The position numbers and the translations under genes are program-made. 64,000 nt of DNA, taken from positions 14,614 to 78,613 of the forward strand of contig JAFSIV010000001.1 of the NCBI GenBank assembly GCA_017439585.1, in the 5' to 3' direction. The stretch comes from Clostridia bacterium. GTDB taxonomy: Bacteria; Bacillota; Clostridia; Oscillospirales; Acutalibacteraceae. The notes under the pieces are model-generated. The model worked only from the letters and a program-made list of their open reading frames with translations, was not told the origin of the DNA and did no database searches. Positions within the stretch are counted from its first letter, which is position 1; each line of letters starts with the position of its first letter. Shown one piece after another: positions 9,873 to 19,529 of the stretch.

Positions 9873-10265
9873 ATGACACGAAAAATGGCCCGTGAAGAAG
9901 CTTTTATATTAACCTTTGAAAAAGCTTTTTCGAGTGACGATGTTGGGGAAATATTTGAGATTGCCAAAGAAGTTCGCGATTTAGAACCCGATGAATACAT
10001 AGAAAGAGTTTTCTTCGGAATTTTTGATAATATCGAGGAAATTGATGGTATTATTTCCGAAAACGCTGTTGGTTGGAAAATCGGAAGAATTTCAAAAACC
10101 GCTTTATCGGTTTTAAGGCTTGCTATTTTTGAAATTAAGTATTGCGATGATATTCCCGCATCTGTCTCGGTTAATGAAGCGGTTGAGCTTTGCAAAAAAT
10201 ATGCAACAAAAGAAGATTCCGCTTTTGTAAACGGATTGCTTTCGACCGTTATTAAAAAATCATAA
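9873..10265 (+). CDS. nusB: transcription antitermination factor NusB
   Basis: 130 aa; AREEAF...LRLAIFEI...VSVNEAVELCKKY...FVNGLL NusB signature. Confidence 0.9.
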   Translation: MTRKMAREEAFILTFEKAFSSDDVGEIFEIAKEVRDLEPDEYIERVFFGIFDNIEEIDGIISENAVGWKIGRISKTALSVLRLAIFEIKYCDDIPASVSVNEAVELCKKYATKEDSAFVNGLLSTVIKKS

Positions 10266-10268
10266 ATT

Positions 10269-11480
10269 ATGAATATATCTGCATTAACGGTTAAACAGTT
10301 AAACCTCTATGTTCGCTCCCTTTTAGAAGGCGATCCTAGACTTGCAAATGTTTTAGTTCAGGGCGAAATATCTAACTTTAAAAATCATTATGCAAGCGGT
10401 CATTTTTACTTCACCTTAAAAGACAGTGAGGCAACTATTCGATGTGTAATGTTTAGAACAAATGCCTCTCGTCTTAAATTTGAGTTCCAGGACGGTATGC
10501 AGGTGATTTTATGGGGTAGGGTTTCGATTTATGAAAAAGACGGTCAATATCAGTTTTACTGCGAGGAAGCATATCCCTCAGGTATTGGTGATATTGCCAT
10601 GCAGTTTGAACAGACTAAGGCAAAGCTTGAAGCCGATGGCTTGTTTGATGCTGATAATAAACGTCCTATACCTAAGTTTCCTAAATGCATTGCGGTTGTA
10701 ACCTCTGATACCGGAGCTGCCGTTCAGGATATTTTAAATATACTGTCTCGCAGGTGGGATTTAGCTGAGATAATTTTATGTCCCGTTTCGGTTCAAGGTG
10801 AGAACGCAGTTGGCGAAATGATTGATGCTCTTGAAAGAGTTTATAATCTAAACCGTGCAGATGTTATAATTATTGGCAGAGGCGGCGGTTCAAAAGAAGA
10901 TTTATATGCATTTAACAGTGAGTCGCTTGCTCGAAAGATTTATGAATCTCCCGTGCCTGTAATTTCAGCTGTTGGTCACGAAACCGATTTTACAATTTGC
11001 GATTTTGTTGCCGATTTACGAGCGCCAACTCCGTCGGCTGCGGCAGAGCTTGCGGTTTGTGATAAAGCCGAAATATCAATGCGATTAGAAAATTATAAAA
11101 CCTCATTATCTAATTTATTAAAGGCTAAATATAACCTTAACAGAATTAAGCTTGATTCGGTTTTAAATTCACCTGTTTTTAAAAATCCGCAAGACTTTTT
11201 TATTAGTAATAGATATATTCAGTTAGACCGCTTTGAAGAAACTTTAAAGCGCTCTGCAAGTTTAAAGGTTGATAGTTTAAATTTAAAAACTTTATCTCTT
11301 GCCGAAAGATTAGATGTTTTAAGTCCGTTAAAGGTTATGGCGCGCGGATTTACTGCCGTTCAAAAGGACGGTAAAACAGTAAATAGCGTTAAAAATTTTA
11401 ATATTGGAGATAAATTAGAGTTAACCTTTTATGACGGTAAAGCAAAAGCGGATATAACTGAAATTTTTAAGGAGAACTAA
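10269..11480 (+). CDS. xseA: exodeoxyribonuclease VII large subunit
   Basis: OB-fold N-terminus (GEISNFKNHYASGHFYFTLKD), GRGGGSKEDL and AVGHETD motifs. Confidence 0.95.
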   Translation: MNISALTVKQLNLYVRSLLEGDPRLANVLVQGEISNFKNHYASGHFYFTLKDSEATIRCVMFRTNASRLKFEFQDGMQVILWGRVSIYEKDGQYQFYCEEAYPSGIGDIAMQFEQTKAKLEADGLFDADNKRPIPKFPKCIAVVTSDTGAAVQDILNILSRRWDLAEIILCPVSVQGENAVGEMIDALERVYNLNRADVIIIGRGGGSKEDLYAFNSESLARKIYESPVPVISAVGHETDFTICDFVADLRAPTPSAAAELAVCDKAEISMRLENYKTSLSNLLKAKYNLNRIKLDSVLNSPVFKNPQDFFISNRYIQLDRFEETLKRSASLKVDSLNLKTLSLAERLDVLSPLKVMARGFTAVQKDGKTVNSVKNFNIGDKLELTFYDGKAKADITEIFKEN

Positions 11481-11481
11481 T

Positions 11482-11697
11482 ATGGCTAGCCAAAATATTG
11501 ATTTTGAAAAATCTCTTAACGAATTAGAAAAAATTATTGAAAAGCTTGAAAATGGCGAGTGTTCGCTTGAAGAGTCTATTACTCTTTTTGAGCAAGGTAT
11601 GAAATATACAAACGACTGCAAAAAAGCCTTAGAAAAGGCTGAAAAGAAAATTATTACTTTAACTCAGGCCGAAAGAGAGGAAAATAACGGTGATTGA
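11482..11697 (+). CDS. xseB: exodeoxyribonuclease VII small subunit
   Basis: 71 aa; FEKSLNELEKIIEKLENGECSLEESITLFEQG is canonical XseB. Confidence 0.95.
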   Translation: MASQNIDFEKSLNELEKIIEKLENGECSLEESITLFEQGMKYTNDCKKALEKAEKKIITLTQAEREENNGD

Positions 11698-12568
11698 GCA
11701 AAAATTAATCCAATATAATACCATTTTAGAAAATAGAATTAACGAAATTTATCCCGAATTAGATGTTGAATACAATAAGGTTTTAGAAGCTTCAAGATAT
11801 AGCTTAATGTTAGGCGGCAAAAGAATAAGACCCGCTTTGGTTTTTGAATTTTGCAAGCTTTGCGGCGGTGATATAAATTCTGCCTTGGATTTTGCTATTG
11901 CTATTGAGATGATTCATACATATTCTCTTATTCATGATGATTTACCCTGCATGGATAATGATGATATGAGAAGGGGAAAGCCTTCTTGCCATAAAAAATA
12001 CGGAGAGGATATTGCTCTTCTTGCAGGGGACACTTTACTAACAGAGGCCTTTTTCATAGCTGCAAATGCAAATGTTAAACCTGAAATGGCATTAAAAGCT
12101 GTTAGTGTTTTAGCTTCTAATGCAGGGCTTCACGGTATGATAGGCGGTCAGGTTTTAGACCTTTCCTTTGAAGAAAACACACCTGATGTTAATGAGCTTC
12201 AAAATATGTATATGAGAAAAACAGGTGCGCTTTTAATAGCCTCTGCTATTCTCGGTTGCATAGCTGCAGGAAAGGATGACGAGGATACCATTAAGAGTGC
12301 CACAAAATACGGTTATAATTTGGGTCTTGCTTTCCAAATTATTGATGATATACTTGATGTTACCTCTACTGAGGCAACCCTTGGTAAGCCGATCGGAAGC
12401 GACGAGAAAAACGGCAAAACAACCTTTGTTTCGCTCTATGGACTCGATAAAGCTTTCGCCATTGCGGCTGAGCTTTCAAATGCCGCGCTTGATGCTTTGG
12501 ATGAACTGGGCGGCGATACCGAAACATTATATGAACTCACCAACTATTTGTTGGATAGAAATAAGTAA
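11690..12568 (+). CDS. ispA: polyprenyl (farnesyl/geranylgeranyl) diphosphate synthase
   Basis: Two Asp-rich motifs, IHDDLPCMDNDDMRRG and FQIIDDILD. GTG start overlaps the xseB end. Confidence 0.9.
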   Translation: MIEQKLIQYNTILENRINEIYPELDVEYNKVLEASRYSLMLGGKRIRPALVFEFCKLCGGDINSALDFAIAIEMIHTYSLIHDDLPCMDNDDMRRGKPSCHKKYGEDIALLAGDTLLTEAFFIAANANVKPEMALKAVSVLASNAGLHGMIGGQVLDLSFEENTPDVNELQNMYMRKTGALLIASAILGCIAAGKDDEDTIKSATKYGYNLGLAFQIIDDILDVTSTEATLGKPIGSDEKNGKTTFVSLYGLDKAFAIAAELSNAALDALDELGGDTETLYELTNYLLDRNK

Positions 12569-12587
12569 TTAAAAAGGACTGTAAAAT

Positions 12588-14411
12588 TTGGATTATCCGA
12601 TTTTAAGTAAAATTAAATCTCCTGATGATGTAAAACAATTAGACTCGACTCAAACTCAAAATTTATGTGAAGAAATTCGAGATTGCATCATAAATACTGT
12701 TTCAAAAAACGGCGGTCATTTGGCTTCAAACCTTGGAACCGTTGAGCTTACTGTTGCCTTGCACAAGGCATTTTCCTCGCCTCGTGATGCTATAATTTTT
12801 GATGTTGGTCATCAGTGTTATACTCATAAGCTAATAACCGGCAGATTTAAAGAATTTAATTCTTTGAGAACCAAAGGCGGACTTTCAGGCTTTATGAATC
12901 CCTTTGAAAGTGAACATGATGCGGTTATTTCCGGCCATAGCAGTTGCTCTATTTCTGCGGCTTACGGCATTTATAAGGCTAAGCGAATAGCCGGCGAGGA
13001 CGGAACTGCGGTTGCCGTTATAGGAGACGGTGCTTTAACAGGCGGTATGGCTTATGAAGCATTAAATAACGCAGGCAGCGGAAGAAGTAATTTTATTGTT
13101 GTTTTAAATGATAATAAAATGTCTATTTCAAAAAATGTTGGCGCGTTATCGAGAAGCTTAACAAAAATGCGAAACAAACCTAAATATCATAAATTTAAGT
13201 TTGCTTTCAGCAGTTTTCTTCTCAAAGTTCCGCTAATCGGAAAATGGCTTCATAATATAATTTTCTCTATTAAAGAGGGTCTTAAAGAAATAGTATACCG
13301 CAAAAACATTTTTTCATCTTTGGGTTATAACTATTTGGGACCGGTTGACGGGCATAATATTCCCGCTATGGAATCCTTGTTTAAAATAGCCCAAGGGTAT
13401 ACAAGACCTTCGTTAATACATGTTGTAACCACCAAGGGAAAAGGCTATTCTTTTGCTGAAACAAGCCCTAAGAATTATCACGGTGTATCTCCATTTAATA
13501 TTGAAGAGGGTGCCGACCTTTCAAATAGCAACAATTTTTCGGCAATTGCAGGTAAAACCCTTTGCGGTTTAGCTGCGGCAGATGATAAAATCTGCGCTAT
13601 AACCGCCGCTATGACCGAGGGAACAGGTCTTGCCGATTTTGCTAAGGATTATAAACCGAGATTTTTCGATGTTGGTATTGCTGAGGCGCACGCTGTAACC
13701 TTTGCGGCAGGTCTTGCAAAAGGTAGTTTAAAACCTTATTTTGTTGTTTATTCTTCGTTTTTACAAAGAGCTTACGACCAGATTATTCATGATGTTGCAA
13801 CTGCAAATTTACCTGTAAGACTTTTGGTTGACAGGGCTGGTATTGTTGGTGAGGACGGTATTACCCATCAAGGACTATTTGATGTTTCATATCTAACCTC
13901 TATACCAAATATTTCGATTTATTCTCCTGCAACATTTGAAGAGCTTGAATATAGAATTAAATTATCTGCTGCCGATAATAATTTTTGCGCTATCAGGTAT
14001 CCAAGAGGAGCAGAAAAAGCTTGCTTGGATTTTGATAAAAAGGCAGATTTTAATGTTATAAAAGGTAATGTTAATAAAGCTATCATAACCTATGGTAGAC
14101 TTTTTTCAGAAGCCTCCTCGGTTAAAGAAAAGGTTGATATTAACCTTGTTAAGCTTAATAAAATTTATCCTTTATCAAATTCTTTATGTGATGAACTAAG
14201 TAATTTTAATGAATTACACTTTTTTGAAGAATCTGAAAAAAGCGGCGGTATTGCAGAGCATTTATCAGCTATGCTTTTGGAAAAGGGATATAAAGGTAAA
14301 TTTGTTATTCATTCGGTTGAAAATAAGTTTGTTCCAACTAATAAGGTTACCGATGCATTAAAAGAATACGGGTTGGATGCAGAAGCTATGCTTAATGCAG
14401 TCAGCAATTAA
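12588..14411 (+). CDS. dxs: 1-deoxy-D-xylulose-5-phosphate synthase
   Basis: 607 aa; GGHLASNLGTVELT, GDGALTGGMAYEALN (TPP motif) and GIAEAHAVTFAAGLA. Confidence 0.95.
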   Translation: MDYPILSKIKSPDDVKQLDSTQTQNLCEEIRDCIINTVSKNGGHLASNLGTVELTVALHKAFSSPRDAIIFDVGHQCYTHKLITGRFKEFNSLRTKGGLSGFMNPFESEHDAVISGHSSCSISAAYGIYKAKRIAGEDGTAVAVIGDGALTGGMAYEALNNAGSGRSNFIVVLNDNKMSISKNVGALSRSLTKMRNKPKYHKFKFAFSSFLLKVPLIGKWLHNIIFSIKEGLKEIVYRKNIFSSLGYNYLGPVDGHNIPAMESLFKIAQGYTRPSLIHVVTTKGKGYSFAETSPKNYHGVSPFNIEEGADLSNSNNFSAIAGKTLCGLAAADDKICAITAAMTEGTGLADFAKDYKPRFFDVGIAEAHAVTFAAGLAKGSLKPYFVVYSSFLQRAYDQIIHDVATANLPVRLLVDRAGIVGEDGITHQGLFDVSYLTSIPNISIYSPATFEELEYRIKLSAADNNFCAIRYPRGAEKACLDFDKKADFNVIKGNVNKAIITYGRLFSEASSVKEKVDINLVKLNKIYPLSNSLCDELSNFNELHFFEESEKSGGIAEHLSAMLLEKGYKGKFVIHSVENKFVPTNKVTDALKEYGLDAEAMLNAVSN

Positions 14412-14428
14412 TCGGGTTTGGAGAAATT

Positions 14429-15238
14429 ATGGCAGAAAAGAAAAGATTAGATGTGTATCTGGTTGAAAACGGATTTTGCGAAAGCCGAGAAAAAGCAAAA
14501 GCACTTATTATGGCAGGCATAGTTTTTGTTAATAATCAAAAATCCGATAAAGCAGGGAATACTGTTAAAGAAAAGGATATAGTTGAGGTTAGAGGCGAAA
14601 CCTTAAAATATGTTAGCCGTGGCGGATTAAAGCTCGAAAAGGCGGTTAATTCCTTTGGTCTTGATTTAAACGAATTTATTTGCGCCGATATTGGTGCTTC
14701 AACCGGTGGCTTTACTGATTGTATGCTTCAAAACGGTGCTAAAAAGGTTTATGCTATTGATGTAGGATATGGTCAGCTCGCATGGAAGCTTAGAACCGAC
14801 GAGCGCGTTATAAACCTTGAAAGAACCAATTTCAGATATGTAACAAATGAGCAAGTACCTGATTTGCTCGATTTTGCATCGGTTGATGTATCTTTTATCT
14901 CTTTATCTCATATTCTACCAACCTTGCGCGAGCTATTAAAGAAAAACGGCAGAGCAGTTTGCCTTATTAAGCCTCAGTTTGAAGCTGGCAAGGAAAATGT
15001 TGGTAAAAAAGGTGTTGTTAGAGAAAAATCGGTACATATTGATGTTGTTAACAAAATTTTAGATTTAAGTATTAAAGACGGTTTTTCGGTTTTAGGTCTT
15101 GATTTTTCTCCCGTTAAAGGTCCTGAGGGGAATATTGAATATTTATGTTATCTTGAAAAAACCGAAACCCCTGAGATTTTAACCGAAAGCGATGCTATAA
15201 GTGTTGTTGAGGCTTCTTATAATAAATTAAACGATTAA
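14429..15238 (+). CDS. tlyA: TlyA-family rRNA 2'-O-ribose cytidine methyltransferase
   Basis: N-terminal S4 domain (KRLDVYLVENGF), VSRGGLKLEKA and DIGASTGGFTDC SAM motif. Confidence 0.9.
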   Translation: MAEKKRLDVYLVENGFCESREKAKALIMAGIVFVNNQKSDKAGNTVKEKDIVEVRGETLKYVSRGGLKLEKAVNSFGLDLNEFICADIGASTGGFTDCMLQNGAKKVYAIDVGYGQLAWKLRTDERVINLERTNFRYVTNEQVPDLLDFASVDVSFISLSHILPTLRELLKKNGRAVCLIKPQFEAGKENVGKKGVVREKSVHIDVVNKILDLSIKDGFSVLGLDFSPVKGPEGNIEYLCYLEKTETPEILTESDAISVVEASYNKLND

Positions 15239-15276
15239 ATCGTTTAGTATTTTTAAATTGTAAAGAGGTGAAATAA

Positions 15277-16122
15277 ATGGTTGTTGCCGTTATACCCAAT
15301 TTGGATAAACGAGGTTCTGCTGAGGTTGTTGAAAAGCTTGGCAAATTATTAAAATCAATGGATATCGAAGCATATCTTCCTGATAATATTTTAGGCACTG
15401 ATTTTAAACACGCGACTGATAACCAAATTTTTAAATTAGCGGATATTATCATAACAATCGGCGGAGACGGAACTATCATCCGTTATGCTAAGCGCGCCGC
15501 TCAGGATAATAAACCCGTTTTAGGTATAAATGCAGGCAGAATGGGTTTTCTTGCAAACATTGAGCAAAATGAATTAAATTTAATAAATAAACTTAAAACC
15601 GGTGAATTTTCGGTTGAAAAACGAATGATGCTCTCGGTTACTGCTTCTGAAAACGGCAAAATTATTGGTGAATATACCGCTTTAAATGATGCGGTAATAA
15701 CCAGCGGTTTTATTTCGCGTATTATAGATGTTTCGGTTGGTGTTGGCGGCGATTTTATTAACTACCGCGCTGATGGGCTTATTATTTCAACCCCAACAGG
15801 TTCAACTGCTTATTCTATGTCGGCAGGCGGTCCTATCATTGACCCGTTAACCGAAAGCTTTTGCATAACCCCGATATGTTCTCACTCACTTTCTGCAAAA
15901 CCGATTTTATTAGGTGCAGATAATGAGATTAAGCTAAAAGCTTATTCTAAAAAGAAAACCGATATTTTCTTAACTGTTGACGGTAGAAAAGCGATTGCTG
16001 TTAAGCCTTATACCGAAATCACCATAAAACGCTCATCTAATTTTGTTCAGTTGATAAGACTTAATGAGCGTTCGTTCTATAAAACCCTTTCTTATAAATT
16101 TAAAGACGGCAGGAGTGTGTAA
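15277..16122 (+). CDS. nadK: NAD(+) kinase
   Basis: GGDGT motif (TIGGDGTIIRYA) and STPTGSTAYSMSAGGPI. Confidence 0.9.
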   Translation: MVVAVIPNLDKRGSAEVVEKLGKLLKSMDIEAYLPDNILGTDFKHATDNQIFKLADIIITIGGDGTIIRYAKRAAQDNKPVLGINAGRMGFLANIEQNELNLINKLKTGEFSVEKRMMLSVTASENGKIIGEYTALNDAVITSGFISRIIDVSVGVGGDFINYRADGLIISTPTGSTAYSMSAGGPIIDPLTESFCITPICSHSLSAKPILLGADNEIKLKAYSKKKTDIFLTVDGRKAIAVKPYTEITIKRSSNFVQLIRLNERSFYKTLSYKFKDGRSV

Positions 16123-16123
16123 T

Positions 16124-16576
16124 ATGAAAAGTGCTAGGCAAGAAAAAATCTTAGAGCTTATCAAAAATCAGGTTTGTTTAACCCAAGAGGATTTGCAAAA
16201 CGGTTTAGAAGCTTTAGGCTTTAATGTTACGCAGTCGACCGTTTCAAGAGATATAAGAGAATTAAAATTGGTTAAAGGCAGGGACGAAAAGGGAAATTAC
16301 AGATATTTATCTAACCTCAATAATCATAATTCTCAAAGCTCTGATGCTAAATATCATAATCTATTTTCAGGTACAGTTAAGACGGTTAAATATTCAATGA
16401 ATAATGTTGTTATTAAATGCGAAAACGGTATGGCTTCAAGTGCCTGCGTTGCGGTTGACGAGTTATATGGCGATATGATGATTGGCTCGCTTGCAGGGGA
16501 CGATACAATAATAATTGTAACCGAAAGCGAGGCTCATTCAAAACAGCTTACCGAATCACTCAGAAAACTTTTATAA
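16124..16576 (+). CDS. argR: arginine repressor
   Basis: ATG at 16124 (MKSARQEKILELI...); the ORF-track extension from 16064 overlaps nadK. Winged helix NVTQSTVSRDIRELKL and C-terminal GDDTIIIV. Confidence 0.9.
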   Translation: MKSARQEKILELIKNQVCLTQEDLQNGLEALGFNVTQSTVSRDIRELKLVKGRDEKGNYRYLSNLNNHNSQSSDAKYHNLFSGTVKTVKYSMNNVVIKCENGMASSACVAVDELYGDMMIGSLAGDDTIIIVTESEAHSKQLTESLRKLL

Positions 16577-16592
16577 TAGCGGCGGATAAATT

Positions 16593-18254
16593 ATGTTAAA
16601 ATATTTACATATTGAAAATATTGCGGTTATAGAGCAAACCGATATCGAATTTAAAAGCGGTTTTAATGTTTTGACCGGTGAAACAGGTGCAGGTAAATCA
16701 ATTGTTATTGACTCCATAAATGCGGTTTTAGGCGAGAGAACTTCAAAGGATTTAATAAGAGCCGGATGCAGCGAAGCCTTGGTTTCTGCGCTTTTTGGCG
16801 AGCTAGACGATAAAACTGTTTTAAAACTAAAAGAATTTGATATTTCTCCTGATGAAGATGGAAATATTTTGGTTTCAAGAAAACTCAGTTTAAACGGCAA
16901 GGGTTTAATTAAAATAAACGGCCTACCGTTTACTGCTTCGGTTTTAAAAGAAGTTTCCTCTTTTCTTATTAATATTCACGGTCAGCACGATAATCAAAGA
17001 CTATTAAATGCAGAGCATCATTTTGAATTTTTAGATGCTATTGCCGAAAATGAAAAAGAAAAAACTGAATATTACTTGGAGTTTAAGAATTTAAATGCTA
17101 TCAGACGCTCTTTGCAAGAGCTTGAAACTGATGAGGATGCAAAAGAGCGCAAAATCGACCTTTTGAAGTATCAGATTAACGAATTAAAATCTGCTGATAT
17201 TAAAATTGGAGAAATTGAGTCTTTAAAGAAAAAGTTAGAAATTGCAGAAAATGCTGAAACAACCTTAAAGGCATTAAATACTGCTAACACTTTGCTATAC
17301 GGCGATGAAAATACAGACGGTATAACAACCCTTTTAAAAGCAGTCTCAAAGCAATTATCCTTATTAAAAGGCGAAAGCTTTGAAGAAAATTATAATAAAA
17401 TCAATAATATTTTAAGCGAAACCGAGGATGTTGCCGATTTTATCGGAAGCGCCTTATCAAGTGGAGAGCTTCAAAATATTAATGCAGATAGTATCAACGA
17501 ACGGCTTGACTTATTATATAAGCTTATGATAAAATACGGTAATACCGAAGAGGATATGTTATCTTTTCTTGAAAATGCCGAAAAAGAGCTTGATGAAATC
17601 ACCTTTTCCGACCGTAAAGTAGCCGAGCTTTCTGCTATGCTTGAAGCATCAAAAGAGAAACTGATTTTGCTTGCGGATAAGCTATCAAGCACCCGAAAAA
17701 ATGCGGCTATCAGATTCGAAACCGAAGTTACTGATGTTCTTAAAGAGCTTAATATGCCGTCGGTTTCTTTTAAGGTTGATATTAAGGACGGAAGATATAC
17801 AAAGCAGGGCAGAGATATTGTTGAATTTTTGATTTCTGCCAATGCGGGTGAAGCTTTAAAACCGCTTGCTAAAATTGCTTCGGGCGGTGAGCTTTCGAGA
17901 ACAATGCTCGCAATCAAAAGTGCTCTTTCGGATAAAGACAGTATACCTACTATGATTTTCGATGAAATTGATACTGGTATCAGCGGTTTTGCAGCCGACA
18001 AGGTAGGTACTCAGTTAAAACGAGTGTCAGATAATAAGCAGGTTATTTGTGTTACTCATTTGGCGCAAATAGCGGCTCGTGGCGATAACCATTTGCTTAT
18101 TGAAAAAAGCAGTAATAACGGAAGAACCTATACTGCGGTTAAATCTCTTTCTTATGAAGAGAGAATAAGTGAAATAGCCCGAATAATGTCGGGCACGGAA
18201 ATAACAGAGAATTTATATAATTCTGCAAAGGAATTATTAGATAGGAGTTTATAA
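16593..18254 (+). CDS. recN: DNA repair protein RecN
   Basis: Walker A GETGAGKS, long coiled coil, SGGELSR signature and Walker B MIFDEIDTG. Confidence 0.95.
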   Translation: MLKYLHIENIAVIEQTDIEFKSGFNVLTGETGAGKSIVIDSINAVLGERTSKDLIRAGCSEALVSALFGELDDKTVLKLKEFDISPDEDGNILVSRKLSLNGKGLIKINGLPFTASVLKEVSSFLINIHGQHDNQRLLNAEHHFEFLDAIAENEKEKTEYYLEFKNLNAIRRSLQELETDEDAKERKIDLLKYQINELKSADIKIGEIESLKKKLEIAENAETTLKALNTANTLLYGDENTDGITTLLKAVSKQLSLLKGESFEENYNKINNILSETEDVADFIGSALSSGELQNINADSINERLDLLYKLMIKYGNTEEDMLSFLENAEKELDEITFSDRKVAELSAMLEASKEKLILLADKLSSTRKNAAIRFETEVTDVLKELNMPSVSFKVDIKDGRYTKQGRDIVEFLISANAGEALKPLAKIASGGELSRTMLAIKSALSDKDSIPTMIFDEIDTGISGFAADKVGTQLKRVSDNKQVICVTHLAQIAARGDNHLLIEKSSNNGRTYTAVKSLSYEERISEIARIMSGTEITENLYNSAKELLDRSL

Positions 18255-18256
18255 AA

Positions 18257-19480
18257 ATGCAAATTTATGATGAATTAGTAGCCCGCGGTCTTATTGCTCA
18301 GGTTACAGATGAGGAAGAAATTAAGGAGCTTATAAACAACGGTAAGGCTACATTTTATATTGGTTTTGACCCAACTGCCGATAGTCTTCATGTTGGTCAT
18401 TTTATGGCGCTTTGTCTTATGAAGCGTTTGCAGATGGCAGGTAATAAGCCTATCGCTTTAATCGGCGGAGGAACAGGTCATATCGGAGACCCTTCGGGCA
18501 GAACCGATATGCGTTCTATGATGACTGCCGAGCAAATTCAACACAACTGCGATTGTTTTAAAAAGCAAATGAGCCGTTTTATTGAGTTTGGCGAAGGTAA
18601 AGCTCAAATGGTTAACAATGCAGACTGGCTTTTAAAGTTAAATTATGTTGACCTACTTCGTGAGGTTGGTGCTTGCTTCTCGGTTAACAATATGCTAAGA
18701 GCAGAGTGCTATAAGCAGAGAATGGAAAAGGGTCTTTCGTTCTTAGAGTTTAACTATATGATTATGCAAAGCTATGACTTCTATCATTTATTTAAAGAAT
18801 ATGGTTGTAATATGCAATTCGGCGGAGACGACCAATGGAGTAATATGCTCGGCGGTACTGAGCTTATCCGCAAAAAGTTAGGTAAAGATGCTTTTGCTAT
18901 GACTATTACTCTTCTTCTTAACTCAGAGGGTAAAAAGATGGGTAAAACCGTTGGTGGTGCTGTTTGGCTAGATCCCGAAAAAACTTCCCCTTACGAATTT
19001 TATCAGTATTGGAGAAATGTTGGAGATGCTGATGTTTTAAAATGCATCAGAATGTTAACCTTCTTGCCCTTGGAAGAAATTGATAAAATGGATTCATGGG
19101 AGGGCTCTCAGCTTAATACCGCTAAGGAAATTCTGGCATTTGAGCTTACTAAATTGGTTCACGGCGAAGAAGAAGCAACCAAGGCTCAGGAAACCGCAAG
19201 AGCGGTATTTGCGGGTGCAGGTTCTCACGAAAATATGCCAACCACTGAACTCACCGATAGCGATTTAACCGACGGTAAAATCGGGATTTTGGATATGATG
19301 GTTAAAGCAGAGCTTGTATCCAGTAAAGGTGAGGGAAGAAGACTTGTTCAACAAGGCGGTGTTAGCATAAACGGCGAAAAAATAACCGACCCTGCTTTCA
19401 GTTTTTCGGCTAATGATTTCAGCGAGGAAGTTATACTTAAAAAAGGAAAAAAGGTTTATAATAAGTTTATTCTAAAATAA
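18257..19480 (+). CDS. tyrS: tyrosine--tRNA ligase
   Basis: HVGH (HIGH-class) motif, KMGKT (KMSKS-class) motif and a C-terminal S4 domain. Starts 3 nt after the recN stop. Confidence 0.95.
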   Translation: MQIYDELVARGLIAQVTDEEEIKELINNGKATFYIGFDPTADSLHVGHFMALCLMKRLQMAGNKPIALIGGGTGHIGDPSGRTDMRSMMTAEQIQHNCDCFKKQMSRFIEFGEGKAQMVNNADWLLKLNYVDLLREVGACFSVNNMLRAECYKQRMEKGLSFLEFNYMIMQSYDFYHLFKEYGCNMQFGGDDQWSNMLGGTELIRKKLGKDAFAMTITLLLNSEGKKMGKTVGGAVWLDPEKTSPYEFYQYWRNVGDADVLKCIRMLTFLPLEEIDKMDSWEGSQLNTAKEILAFELTKLVHGEEEATKAQETARAVFAGAGSHENMPTTELTDSDLTDGKIGILDMMVKAELVSSKGEGRRLVQQGGVSINGEKITDPAFSFSANDFSEEVILKKGKKVYNKFILK

Positions 19481-19485
19481 AATTT

Positions 19486-19511
19486 TCGGGCGGATTTCCG
19501 CCCGATTTTTT
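19486..19511 (+). terminator. intrinsic terminator ending the nusB...tyrS gene string
   Basis: tcgggcgg-attt-ccgcccga followed by tttttt. Confidence 0.85.
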
Positions 19512-19529
19512 GTTTAAAACCTTTAAAAT

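Noticed and set aside
12276-12572. 98-aa alternative-frame ORF at the 3' end of ispA. Other short overlapping + strand ORFs lie at 7588-7770, 19080-19268, 28443-28706, 36670-36918, 37366-37581, 41884-42198, 49500-49745, 50233-50463, 62442-62681 and 63320-63604.
   Set aside because: Each is nested in a different frame inside a conserved gene, with no independent start signals.
16064-16123. Upstream extension of argR overlapping the nadK end
   Set aside because: The conserved ArgR N-terminus begins at the ATG at 16124 (MKSARQEKILELI). The extension has no RBS and overlaps nadK coding sequence.
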